Source of the DNA: Bdellovibrionales bacterium
GTDB taxonomy: Bacteria > Bdellovibrionota > Bdellovibrionia > Bdellovibrionales > JAMPXM01
Direction: 5' to 3'
Length of the DNA stretch: 43,761 nucleotides
Assembly (NCBI GenBank): GCA_043739185.1
Contig: JAYUEN010000221.1
Coordinates: 1-43,761, forward strand
This document shows positions 18,295 to 27,320 of the stretch, piece by piece; within the stretch, counting starts at the first letter, position 1, and every line of letters starts with the position of its first letter. Made by a program: the position numbers and the translations under genes. The notes below the pieces were generated by a model. It had not been told where the DNA came from. It ran no database searches and saw only the letters and a list, made by a program, of their open reading frames with translations.

Positions 18295-19767
18295 TTAATC
18301 GAGAGCTTTAAACAAGAAGGGATAAGAAACTTTTACCATGGTGCCACCCTTTGGCTGCGGAAACTTCCAGTTCGAAAGTCTGCGAAGCATACAGCCTTCA
18401 ACCATCGAGCTCTTCATCGTTGAGTTTTCAACCTTGGGTTCGATCACTCCGCCTTGAGAGTTGATGACAAATTTCACCAGGACTTTTCCGTACAAGTCGC
18501 GGTTGGCCGACAATTGGCGCTCGTAACATTCACGAACCTGACCAATATTTTTCTTTATAATTTCGGCGATCACATCTTTGTCTAGGCCACCATCAATGAC
18601 GGTTTCGTCATCAATCAAAGCAACGTCGCCTTGACCAACTCGGCCGCCAGTTAAGGCTGTGCCTTCACCAATATTCGAAGCACCGCCCCCAACTCCCTTG
18701 GTCGCAATGCCACCAAGCTTGAAGCTAGATCCTGCTTTAGCTGCAGCTCCGCCCCCGCCAACGGTAGCTGTTCCGGTTGAGAAGAAGGCGCGGCCAGAGG
18801 CTTTTTCAGGAGCGACTCCGTTAGCCGCAATCATGATTCCCGATTTCGCAGCACGTTTGGCAATTTTTCCGATGAGTGAGTTCAAACCGGATGCGCGAAG
18901 ATTATTTAGTGCCGCTGTGGTTTTGTTTGAAACTTTTGGAGCTTGGGATTGATCGGGAGCCGGCTGAGCTGTGGTCGCGACCACTGGTACTTCGGATCCG
19001 CCACGTTTTGCACCAGCAGCAATTTGAATTTTCTTACTTTCACTACGTTTTTTCATAATGGCTTTGGCGTTGAAAATGATATCCATCGATTTTGCGTCGA
19101 GATTTTTTCCGGAAGTCGAATTCGGAGCCAATTTGATTCCTACCCAAAGAACAGCAAATATCATGATCACAACTGCCAAGGGCTTAGCAAAATCGCGGTC
19201 AATTTCGAAATCAGGTTTATGCATAACCTCTTGCTCAGGCACCAATCTCTGCTGAATCACTCTTCGTCCCAATTCGCTCACCACCCAGTTGGCACTTGTT
19301 GGTGGCGGAAGTTTAATTTCAGTTTCACCGTCTCGCATATGCAAGTGGGCGTTTTTCTCAAGAATAAGTGTCTCAACAATTCCCCAGCCTCTGCGAATAA
19401 TAACTTGTTGTTTGGTGTTTTCGCCCGCAATTAGTTGATTGGTAAAAAGCTTTTGATTCTTGGGCCGATTGAGTAGGCGAATCTCATGATTGCCAATGGT
19501 TAATACATGGCGATTATCTAACTTTTGCTCAACTATATTTTTTTCGTCTAACAAGGTCTCCTCTGAGCCACTCAAATCACAGGCATACCAGTGAGGAGCG
19601 CGGTATTTCAAAACCATGTGGCAGCCGGCAACCGTTTGGCCGTTGATTCTCAAATCAGCGGATTTACTAGAGCCGATCAAGAACAAATTTGATTTTGCTT
19701 GAATGCGAAGGTGCTTTTTTATTTTTTTACCTTCGATATGTTCTAAAATTAAATCAGGGGCTGCCAT
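18295..19767 (-). CDS. FHA-like/TM/TonB-like (AgmX/PglI C-terminal) protein, GltG-like
   Basis: Degenerate FHA (IGSSKSADLRI...CH), one TM, Gly-rich linker, and C-terminal GGLDKDVIAEII...VRECYE...GKVLVKFVI...FPQP...VSYPFLF. Confidence 0.85.
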   Translation of the reverse strand: MAAPDLILEHIEGKKIKKHLRIQAKSNLFLIGSSKSADLRINGQTVAGCHMVLKYRAPHWYACDLSGSEETLLDEKNIVEQKLDNRHVLTIGNHEIRLLNRPKNQKLFTNQLIAGENTKQQVIIRRGWGIVETLILEKNAHLHMRDGETEIKLPPPTSANWVVSELGRRVIQQRLVPEQEVMHKPDFEIDRDFAKPLAVVIMIFAVLWVGIKLAPNSTSGKNLDAKSMDIIFNAKAIMKKRSESKKIQIAAGAKRGGSEVPVVATTAQPAPDQSQAPKVSNKTTAALNNLRASGLNSLIGKIAKRAAKSGIMIAANGVAPEKASGRAFFSTGTATVGGGGAAAKAGSSFKLGGIATKGVGGGASNIGEGTALTGGRVGQGDVALIDDETVIDGGLDKDVIAEIIKKNIGQVRECYERQLSANRDLYGKVLVKFVINSQGGVIEPKVENSTMKSSMVEGCMLRRLSNWKFPQPKGGTMVKVSYPFLFKALD

Positions 19768-19770
19768 GCT

Positions 19771-20289
19771 TTATTCCTTTGTCATCACTGCAATTTTAAC
19801 ATCTGAATAGCCAGCTAACATTGAGGTATACATAACCTTTCGAAGCAAAGTATAAGAAAGATCGCGGTCGGCTTGCATTACCACTTTACCATCAAACTCT
19901 ACGGTCTCGTTTTGTTTTGCAATGTCTTTTGATTTTGTAGCCTGAGCATCGAGCGCATCGTAAAGTGCCCGAATAAAATTCACGTCTGTTGAATCGAGAT
20001 CTTTACTTTCGAGTTTACCTTGATTGATGTCGACAATTTTTTTGTCGTCTACAAAAATGCCGGTTTTACTCACGACCAGTTTGAGCGCATCGACGGGATC
20101 TTTGGTGCTCGTACTCGCGGGCAAAGTGAGATCTGCGCTCGGATTGATATTCACTGGTGAAGTCGAATAGCTTTTCAACAGGAATACTAAGAGAATGACA
20201 AACATATCAACCATCGAAGTGATTTGAATCTTAAAGGTTGAAGGTGCTCTTTTATCCATAAATCTTGCGAAGCCACGTCTGCGAATCAT
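19771..20289 (-). CDS. aglS: ExbD/TolR-family gliding motor subunit (AglS-like)
   Basis: IQITSMVDMFVILLVFLLKSYS (TM Asp) and QADRDLSYTLLRKVMYT. Confidence 0.8.
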   Translation of the reverse strand: MIRRRGFARFMDKRAPSTFKIQITSMVDMFVILLVFLLKSYSTSPVNINPSADLTLPASTSTKDPVDALKLVVSKTGIFVDDKKIVDINQGKLESKDLDSTDVNFIRALYDALDAQATKSKDIAKQNETVEFDGKVVMQADRDLSYTLLRKVMYTSMLAGYSDVKIAVMTKE

Positions 20290-20291
20290 TT

Positions 20292-20828
20292 TTAGCCCCC
20301 TGCTACATTTCCGAAAACCACATCAGGAAAGATCAGTTCGGTTTCAACTTTTTTACCACTTTCGACATCGGTAAAATAAATCTTAGGATCGTCCTTTGAG
20401 CGATTGCGAACTTTGTCCATGATGGCAACAATTTCACTTAAATCGACATTTTCTTCAGGATGTAATTCAAGCCTAAAACTGTCTGGATATTGCGATTTGA
20501 GATCAATCATTTGGCGATGTAGTCCCGCCAAATCAAAGGCCTTATTTTTAAGAGCAACATTAAGCTGCTTCGACCTGCCTTTGCCATCGATGCTAATTTG
20601 AAACCCTGAAGATTTTGAAATCCCGAGCGTAATTTGCGTATCATCTTTCTTATCTTGATTGACGATAGCTTTTTGTACGGCCTGCGGAACCGGAGTTTCA
20701 ACCATAGTAATTTGTACGAAAACCACACTCAACAGGAGCATGGGCACAATCGACACAATGATATCTAACAAGGGCGCCAAATTCAATTCGAAGGTGGCAT
20801 CTTCAGTTCTCGATTTATACGCTCTCAT
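20292..20828 (-). CDS. ExbD/TolR-family gliding motor subunit (AglQ-like)
   Basis: ELNLAPLLDIIVSIVPMLL (TM Asp), IVAIMDKVR, LIFPDVVFG. Confidence 0.8.
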   Translation of the reverse strand: MRAYKSRTEDATFELNLAPLLDIIVSIVPMLLLSVVFVQITMVETPVPQAVQKAIVNQDKKDDTQITLGISKSSGFQISIDGKGRSKQLNVALKNKAFDLAGLHRQMIDLKSQYPDSFRLELHPEENVDLSEIVAIMDKVRNRSKDDPKIYFTDVESGKKVETELIFPDVVFGNVAGG

Positions 20829-20857
20829 AAATACCTCAATTGAAAATTTCTAAAAGA

Positions 20858-21565
20858 TTAAGCCGATTTACTTGGAGCACTGGGGATCTTAACTTTTTTC
20901 TCGGCAGTTGCAGTGAAGGCTGTGGCTGCGCTGAAGCCATCAAAGCCGCGGCTTCTCAAGAGCTCAATTGTCTTCGCTGCATTTTGATCAATCTCAGAAA
21001 AAAGACGTCCTTGCTTTGCGTGCAAGAAAGAATAGATCACCATCACCGGAATAGCCACTAAGAGTCCCATGGCCGTAGAGTGCATCGCAAGTGAAATACC
21101 ATCGGCAAGTAAAGTTTGCTTTTGCGATGGATCTGCAAAACTCACGGCTTTAAATGACATAATCAAACCCACAACGGTCCCCAGCAAACCAATCAAGGTC
21201 ACCACATTTGATATCATTGCCAGATATGATAAGTTCTTTGCAAGTTTTGGCGCCATCTCAGAAGCGGCAATATCAAGTGAATGATCAATGGCTCCATCAT
21301 CGCGGTCGGATTTTTCAAGAATTCTTTTTACCACATAAGCTAAAGGCTTTTTCTCATTAGCAGAACAATATGTGATGGCTTCATCAACCTTATCTTCTTC
21401 AACCATCTTAATGACTTTGGCAATGAAGACTTGGGCATTGATCGAATAGTCAAAATACAGGGCTTTCACGCGCTCTGAAATGAGCGCAAAGCCGAAGGCC
21501 CCCATTCCCAACATGGCGACATCGAGCAATTGATGATCGACTACGAACTTTAAAAATGCATCCAT
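20858..21565 (-). CDS. aglR: MotA/TolQ/ExbB proton-channel subunit (AglR-like)
   Basis: TLIGLLGTVVGLIMSF and GISLAMHSTAMGLLVAIP; GGAGG RBS; lies upstream of two ExbD genes. Confidence 0.85.
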   Translation of the reverse strand: MDAFLKFVVDHQLLDVAMLGMGAFGFALISERVKALYFDYSINAQVFIAKVIKMVEEDKVDEAITYCSANEKKPLAYVVKRILEKSDRDDGAIDHSLDIAASEMAPKLAKNLSYLAMISNVVTLIGLLGTVVGLIMSFKAVSFADPSQKQTLLADGISLAMHSTAMGLLVAIPVMVIYSFLHAKQGRLFSEIDQNAAKTIELLRSRGFDGFSAATAFTATAEKKVKIPSAPSKSA

Positions 21566-21593
21566 TTGGAGCCTCCCTTAAAAAATTTTAAAT

Positions 21594-22490
21594 CTATTTA
21601 CCTGCGAACATCCAGCCGGGTTGGGTTTTGTGGGCGAAATACTCGTGCAAAGTATTTTTCAACTTTTTATCGAGACCCACAAATTTCACTCCATAGGGAA
21701 CAGGTGTCTTTACACTTTTTAATTCTCTAACAAATTTTTTACTTACTATTTCTGCCGCCACATTAAAGGCATTGAGCCCATCGTGAGAAGCAAAATGCAG
21801 CTTCACTGTTTGACCTGGCTGAAGAGTCGCGTTTTGAATGATCAATCCTGATCCGCCCTCGCCGCCTTGAAAGGCTTGTCCCATCCATAAAGCTTGATCA
21901 TCATGCACCATCACTTCGTTCATAAAAGTAATGCGCTGGTGTTCTCTCTTTTTGAAAACGCTTTTTGCTTTTGGATGCAAAACCAGCTCTCTAATGTTCT
22001 CGACTGAGAACTCGGGGTGTTCGGCAATTCGAATCCACTCGCCCATGCCTTCTTTCCAAATAAATTCAAAGTCAAAAACTTTTTTTTCTTGAAGGGCCTT
22101 AACCACCCCAACTGAAGTGAGTGGGCCAAAGCGATGTGATTCCTTTTGAATAAACCAACTTTCACTAAGCGACGGACTAGCATCCGATTGCAAATTCGCA
22201 ATTTCTTGTTCGGGCACTATTTGAGCCGCCGCTTTTTCTTGTGCTGGCTTAGGGGATGCGGATTTATTTGGTGGCGCTATTTTTGGCTTAAACTCTTTTG
22301 CAATGAAGTCGAGTAAGACTTGATGTTTATTGAGCTCAATCCAATCGGCCGCATCATCATCGTAAATGAAGTCGGTGGTGATGAGCTGTTGCATCGAAAG
22401 ACGTCTGGCAATTTCTTCAATTGTCCACGGCCCGATGTGCTGACCAAGATGAGAAACGAAATATTCTTTTTGTTTGAGTGCTGCTTTCAT
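21594..22490 (-). CDS. Tandem GYF_2 (DUF4339)-like domains plus PilZ-like domain
   Basis: YFVSHLGQHIGPW...W and WFIQKESHRFGPL...IWKEGMGEW; REHQR (RxxxR); YGVKF PilZ terminal strand. Confidence 0.8.
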   Translation of the reverse strand: MKAALKQKEYFVSHLGQHIGPWTIEEIARRLSMQQLITTDFIYDDDAADWIELNKHQVLLDFIAKEFKPKIAPPNKSASPKPAQEKAAAQIVPEQEIANLQSDASPSLSESWFIQKESHRFGPLTSVGVVKALQEKKVFDFEFIWKEGMGEWIRIAEHPEFSVENIRELVLHPKAKSVFKKREHQRITFMNEVMVHDDQALWMGQAFQGGEGGSGLIIQNATLQPGQTVKLHFASHDGLNAFNVAAEIVSKKFVRELKSVKTPVPYGVKFVGLDKKLKNTLHEYFAHKTQPGWMFAGK

Positions 22491-22497
22491 ATCTAGC

Positions 22498-22524
22498 CTA
22501 TCGTAATGAGCTTGCCTAGGCTAA
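22498..22524 (-). promoter_or_regulatory. Sigma28-like promoter, possibly giving a leaderless transcript
   Basis: Minus strand TTAG-N15-TACGATAG ends 7 nt before ATG 22490; no SD is present. Confidence 0.45.
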
Positions 22525-22634
22525 AGGCCCGAGACCAAAGTTCTGTTTTTTTCAAGATTTTTAGGTGATTTGTTTCAGCTTGGAGCGGGCAGATATGTCA
22601 AAATGTAAAACTCTTAATCAGTGCTCGCTCAGAT

Positions 22635-22658
22635 CAAAAGTGCTCACTAGGGAGCACT
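22635..22658 (-). terminator. Intrinsic terminator after the PBP gene
   Basis: AGTGCTC/GAGCACT 7-bp stem running into a short T tract on the minus strand; an extra AGTGCTC copy lies at 22620-22626. Confidence 0.5.
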
Positions 22659-22673
22659 CTCATATTGAGATGA

Positions 22674-23945
22674 TTATCGGCTCGCAGTAGAGCGAGTTTC
22701 TTTTTCACGTTTAATATATTCGTGAAGGTAAAAGCTCGCCAATTGAGAGGATTTAACCTTCCAGTTCTTCTCATTTACGGTAAGTGCTGCTACTGCAATT
22801 TTTTTATTATTATAAATCACATAGCCAACGAACCAATCACATTTGCCTTTGGGGTCAAGCCCCGTAAGGGAGCCCGTTTTACCGCCCATTTCAACTTCAT
22901 CAAAACGAGCTTGTCTAATGGTCTGACGAAATGACTTACGTGAAGTGCCGTTGGTAACAGTTGCGTTCATGAGAGATCTCAACTCAGAAGCCGATTCTGG
23001 AGTCATGATTACTGAGGCTTGCTTGTATTCTGCTGAATAGAGCGCGTTGCCCTGTTCGTCGCTCACTGAACTAACCAAGAAAGGTTCCATCATAATACCA
23101 TCGTTGGCAACGGCTGCCGCAATCAAAGCACCTTGCAGTGGGCTCATTGTATTATCAAGCGTAAATCCTGAAGCGGCAGTGGCAATACTCCACGGATCCT
23201 CACGATCCATTTTGATATGCCCCATTTCGATTGGGATATCGCCGTGAATAGGCTTATTGAAAAAGAATTTTTCGGCATATGATAAAAGGCTTTCAGGACC
23301 TATATAAAACAGTCCCAGCTTTCCGAACACCGTATTAACCGAACGGGAAAAGGCTTCACGGATGGTCATATATCTCGTCCAGCGATTTTCATGAAAGTCA
23401 GTGACGTTTTTTCTGTAGAGCGTGTGGTTGGCTCCATTAAAAGGAACAACGGTATCAGGACCAGCTTTTTTTGTATCAATGGCTGCACTAGCCGTTACCA
23501 CTTTAAAAACGCTTGCCGCCGGAAACTTAGCCTGAATAACAAAATTTTCGGTAGAAGTCATATTTCGTCTTAAACTTAGCATCGACAAAATTTTTCCGGT
23601 TTGAGAATCAATAGCAACAAAGGCCCCGTAATCTGGAGAATAAGACTTCAGCAATTTTTGCATATAAGCTTGCAGATAGGGATCGATCGTATAATGAAGA
23701 GCTACCTTTTGTTTGGCCCCGGATCGATCAAATTCAATTTGCTCAGGCATTGAATTACTTTTTAAAGCAGAACTTAGTTGTTGGGCTAAAAAGTCTTTGT
23801 TGATTTCGGAATGTGAATTTGAATTAAGAGTTTCAATAACATTGGTGCTTACTTTGGGCCCCAAAAATTGAGCTAGACCCAAACCTACTACCAACGTACC
23901 AAAAAGAGACAAGACACCAATTTTTATGTATTTACTTTTTTGCAT
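22674..23945 (-). CDS. Penicillin-binding protein, transpeptidase domain with N-terminal TM
   Basis: SVFK (SxxK), SVN (SxN) and KTG motifs; TIDPYLQ; ATG 23945 preferred. Confidence 0.9.
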   Translation of the reverse strand: MQKSKYIKIGVLSLFGTLVVGLGLAQFLGPKVSTNVIETLNSNSHSEINKDFLAQQLSSALKSNSMPEQIEFDRSGAKQKVALHYTIDPYLQAYMQKLLKSYSPDYGAFVAIDSQTGKILSMLSLRRNMTSTENFVIQAKFPAASVFKVVTASAAIDTKKAGPDTVVPFNGANHTLYRKNVTDFHENRWTRYMTIREAFSRSVNTVFGKLGLFYIGPESLLSYAEKFFFNKPIHGDIPIEMGHIKMDREDPWSIATAASGFTLDNTMSPLQGALIAAAVANDGIMMEPFLVSSVSDEQGNALYSAEYKQASVIMTPESASELRSLMNATVTNGTSRKSFRQTIRQARFDEVEMGGKTGSLTGLDPKGKCDWFVGYVIYNNKKIAVAALTVNEKNWKVKSSQLASFYLHEYIKREKETRSTASR

Positions 23946-24019
23946 TATCTTATCTTGTCGGAAGATAACGGCGTGGGTCAATAGCTAAATCGCTATTTTC
24001 GAAGGGTCCAAAAGTCCAA

Positions 24020-25384
24020 TTATAAGCTGCGATCTAGTAAAAATCGAATGCTCGTAAAATCAATACGGCGGAGCTTTTTAGGTAAAAGTGTATCAATACG
24101 ATAAAATCCGTCACGCCCCTTTCGGACCTGTATATCTTGCTCAAAATAAAACTTCTCATTTGAATAATCGTTTTTTTGAAAGCATTTTCGCCCACAAGTA
24201 AGACTATCCATTTCGAGTGTGCTTGATCTTTTAATTCCCCGAAGAGTCATTTTTATGCGATTTTTTTTGATCGAAGTCGGAGCCATTTCACCCACAATAT
24301 AAAAATTCTCATTTTCTTTGGCCAATTCATCAAAACCTCTAAGAAAAAAACTTCCGTCTGCGTGCAATCTGAGCACCGATGCTTTTGGGGTTTCGACAGA
24401 AATGAGCTGTCGCTCTAGTATTTGTGACAAATTCGACTTCGCAAATTCTCCCTCAATTTTTTCTTTTTTAAGATCTTCAGCATCACTCATGTCGGGGCTC
24501 AGTATTTGACCATTATCTAAAAAGCGAATTTCTGAAATTGCCATTTCCTTGGGGTATTTTTGACCAAGAAAGCTCGACAGAAATAAGATTTTAATTGTTT
24601 TGCACTTATAAGATTTCCCTAATTTTATAGATTGCGGGAGCATTTCATCCATGAGCGAGAATTGAACTTTGCTATCCTGATCACACTGCACCTCGATCTC
24701 TTTGGGGCGCGCAAAGTGCCTAAAAAGAATATCATCTATGAAGTTTCCCGGCCAAATGAGAATTTGATCTAAACTAACATTCTCTTGCCATTTTAATTTT
24801 ATAAAAGCCGGCCCTGATTCGAGTTTCAATTTTAAATAAGTCTGAAGTTTCGAGTCGAAGAGATTTTCAAGCTGCGAATGTGACCGCCCGGTTTCAATAC
24901 GAGTCAAAATCAATTTTGGAACCTTTAATTCGAGGGGTTGTCCAGCCACCTCTAAAGACATTTTCTTCAAACAAACACTGCTGCTTCTTCGAAAATTTAT
25001 CACAATGGCTTGGACGTAGATTTCTTTTCCTCCATTTGAAAAATTGAAATCTAAATCCCGCCGCCCACCTTCTCTGAACCTAAATACCTCGTCAAAGTTG
25101 AGATAGAGATCGGCGCCGTCGGCCAAAACTTCACCACAAGTCTCAAGCTTGATCCGATCTATTTTAACCGGTTTTTCAAAATATATTTCGAGTTTTGAGA
25201 ATTGTCTTTCTGGGCCCAATTGCAGGGGCGCTTTGCCGCTTAAAAAATCAAAAACTTCACGGCTATTCGCATCGGTCGCAATTGCGCCAAAGACTTTGGC
25301 CAAATCAGTACTCGGGGCCGCCGCCGCCTGCTGGCTCAGACATAAAAAAATAATGAAAGTGATCAAATACTTATTTAAGCGCAA
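24020..25384 (-). CDS. Secreted protein with discoidin/NADase-type glycan-binding-like domain(s)
   Basis: Signal peptide. NLFDSKLQTY, IWPGN...ARPKEIEV and GQKYPKEMAISEIRF resemble galactose-binding-like jelly-roll modules. Confidence 0.55.
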   Translation of the reverse strand: MRLNKYLITFIIFLCLSQQAAAAPSTDLAKVFGAIATDANSREVFDFLSGKAPLQLGPERQFSKLEIYFEKPVKIDRIKLETCGEVLADGADLYLNFDEVFRFREGGRRDLDFNFSNGGKEIYVQAIVINFRRSSSVCLKKMSLEVAGQPLELKVPKLILTRIETGRSHSQLENLFDSKLQTYLKLKLESGPAFIKLKWQENVSLDQILIWPGNFIDDILFRHFARPKEIEVQCDQDSKVQFSLMDEMLPQSIKLGKSYKCKTIKILFLSSFLGQKYPKEMAISEIRFLDNGQILSPDMSDAEDLKKEKIEGEFAKSNLSQILERQLISVETPKASVLRLHADGSFFLRGFDELAKENENFYIVGEMAPTSIKKNRIKMTLRGIKRSSTLEMDSLTCGRKCFQKNDYSNEKFYFEQDIQVRKGRDGFYRIDTLLPKKLRRIDFTSIRFLLDRSL

Positions 25385-25538
25385 ATCCTATCCTTAATTG
25401 TTTATAAATCACTAGAGCCGGACATAGTATAAGAAATATCAAATGCACGGAGCAACGGATTTCGCATTTCTTTCATAGTCGAATACAATTTGACCTTCAA
25501 TTTGGTCTAGTCGCTGTCTAGTCCTGAATGATTTTTAG

Positions 25539-25567
25539 TTGTCAATACAAGGAGCTATGCTCATTCT
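25539..25567 (+). promoter_or_regulatory. Sigma70-like promoter for carbonic anhydrase
   Basis: TTGTCA-N17-CATTCT. Confidence 0.4.
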
Positions 25568-25604
25568 GTAGGGAGAAGTTAAACTGCAAATGGATGAGGA
25601 AAAA

Positions 25605-26489
25605 ATGAGTCCGAAACAATTCACACTCATTCTAATATTAAATGCTTTTTTAATCTTTAGTTCTTGCGGAATTTTTAGCAAGCGTTCAGACGAACATTTT
25701 AAGACTCACGCCCCGGCAAAAAAAGTCGAAATAAAACCAGAGGCTGAATTGGCAACAACGCCTGGGCCGACCACTCAAACTCCTGCTTCGTCGCTCGAGC
25801 CAACTAAAATTGAAATATCTCGAGAAAAGGACTCCCCTCTTGTTTCCGATGCTAAATCAGCCCCAGTTGGTGAAAAACAATTTAAATTTTCAACGCCGGC
25901 GTTGCCTGCAGAAACCTCATTGCACTGGCTTCAAAACGGAAATATTCGCTTTCTTAAAAAGAGCTTTCGCGCCGACGGACGTAGCGAAAAGGATCGCGCT
26001 CGATTGGCCAATGGCCAACATCCTCATGCGATTATTTTGAGTTGTTCGGATTCACGCGTTCCACCTGAAATCATTTTTGATCAAGAACTTGGTGAGATCT
26101 TTGTGATTCGAGTCATTGGAGAAGCGCTGGATTCAACGGTCATTGCGAGCATTGAATATGCCGTCGAACATCTTCACGCTGGTTTGTTAGTGGTTTTGGG
26201 GCATAGTCAATGTGGAGCAATTCAGGCCACCGTTAAGACCCCAGAAAATGTCTCAACGGGAAGTTTGGATATCGACAAAGTCATATCGGATATTCGTCCG
26301 CGACTTGCCACTCTAAAAAATGAGCCTCCAAGCTCAAATTTAGAAGTCGAATCAACACTCAATGCCGATGGTGTGGCCAGAGATTTGGTGAAACGTTCTG
26401 CACTTCTGAGGGCCGCAGTCGAAACTGGTAATCTATTAATCAAGCCTGCTCTTTATAGAATAGATACGGGAAAAGTTAGGTTCTACTAA
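25605..26489 (+). CDS. Beta-class carbonic anhydrase, probable lipoprotein
   Basis: CSDSRV and HSQC zinc ligands; lipobox FSSC; Pro/Thr-rich linker; GAGGA RBS before ATG 25605. Confidence 0.93.
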   Translation: MSPKQFTLILILNAFLIFSSCGIFSKRSDEHFKTHAPAKKVEIKPEAELATTPGPTTQTPASSLEPTKIEISREKDSPLVSDAKSAPVGEKQFKFSTPALPAETSLHWLQNGNIRFLKKSFRADGRSEKDRARLANGQHPHAIILSCSDSRVPPEIIFDQELGEIFVIRVIGEALDSTVIASIEYAVEHLHAGLLVVLGHSQCGAIQATVKTPENVSTGSLDIDKVISDIRPRLATLKNEPPSSNLEVESTLNADGVARDLVKRSALLRAAVETGNLLIKPALYRIDTGKVRFY

Positions 26490-26563
26490 AAATTTGTTTC
26501 ATTCTGAATCAAAAAATTTTGACCTTAATCCTTTTTAATCATGCGCGGCGTTTTTACTTTAAA

Positions 26564-26585
26564 AAACGAACGATCGTGCTATTCT
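26564..26585 (+). promoter_or_regulatory. TetR operator overlapping an extended -10 element
   Basis: Imperfect palindrome AAACGAACGATCGTGCTATT with core ACGATCGT; TGcTATTCT ends 6 nt before ATG 26592. Confidence 0.6.
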
Positions 26586-26591
26586 TAAGGT

Positions 26592-27275
26592 ATGTCTCTG
26601 CTAAACCTAAATCAAAGAAAGTCTAAGATGCCGCCTCGTAAATTTACCAGCGAGAGTACTTTGTCTTCCTCTGGCAAATCGACGCGGGCCGTGATCCTAC
26701 AAACAGCTCTGCGGGTCGCTTGCACGCATGGTATTGAAGGTCTCACTATTGGCGAACTTGCCAAAGAAGTGGGAATGTCTAAAAGCGGACTCTTTGCACA
26801 CTTCAAAAACAAAGATGATTTGCAGTTAGAAGTACTCAAACTTGCAGCCAATGAATTCATCCAAAAAGTCATGAAACCTTCTTTTGAAAAACCAAGAGGA
26901 GAAGCACGTATCAAGGCCATGTTTAAGAACTGGATTTCACATGTCGACGGAAGTGAAGCTGTCTCAGGAGGAATTGTTTTGATTTCGGCAAGCATCGAAC
27001 TCGACGATCGCCCAGGAAAATTAAGAGACTTTGTATCAAATGCTCAAAAAGAATTAATACAAAATATTGAAAAAGCTGCGAGAATAGCTGTGGAAGAAGG
27101 ACAATTTCGAAAGGATTTAAGTGCCGAGCAATTTGCTTGGTCACTTTATTCTTTCATCTTGGGTTATCACCATTTCAAAAGAATGTTAAATGATCCAAAG
27201 GCTGAAAAGCATGTTGAAAACTCGTTCAAGGGATTGCTTGAGTTTTCAAAGCGACCAATATTGAAAAAGAATTGA
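26592..27275 (+). CDS. TetR/AcrR-family regulator
   Basis: GIEGLTIGELAKEVGMSKSGLFAHFKNKDDL; upstream of fadE. The start could alternatively be ATG 26628. Confidence 0.93.
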   Translation: MSLLNLNQRKSKMPPRKFTSESTLSSSGKSTRAVILQTALRVACTHGIEGLTIGELAKEVGMSKSGLFAHFKNKDDLQLEVLKLAANEFIQKVMKPSFEKPRGEARIKAMFKNWISHVDGSEAVSGGIVLISASIELDDRPGKLRDFVSNAQKELIQNIEKAARIAVEEGQFRKDLSAEQFAWSLYSFILGYHHFKRMLNDPKAEKHVENSFKGLLEFSKRPILKKN

Positions 27276-27320
27276 TATAAGTTTAGTTAAAAAATTAGGC
27301 TACTCAACATCGGAGGACTT

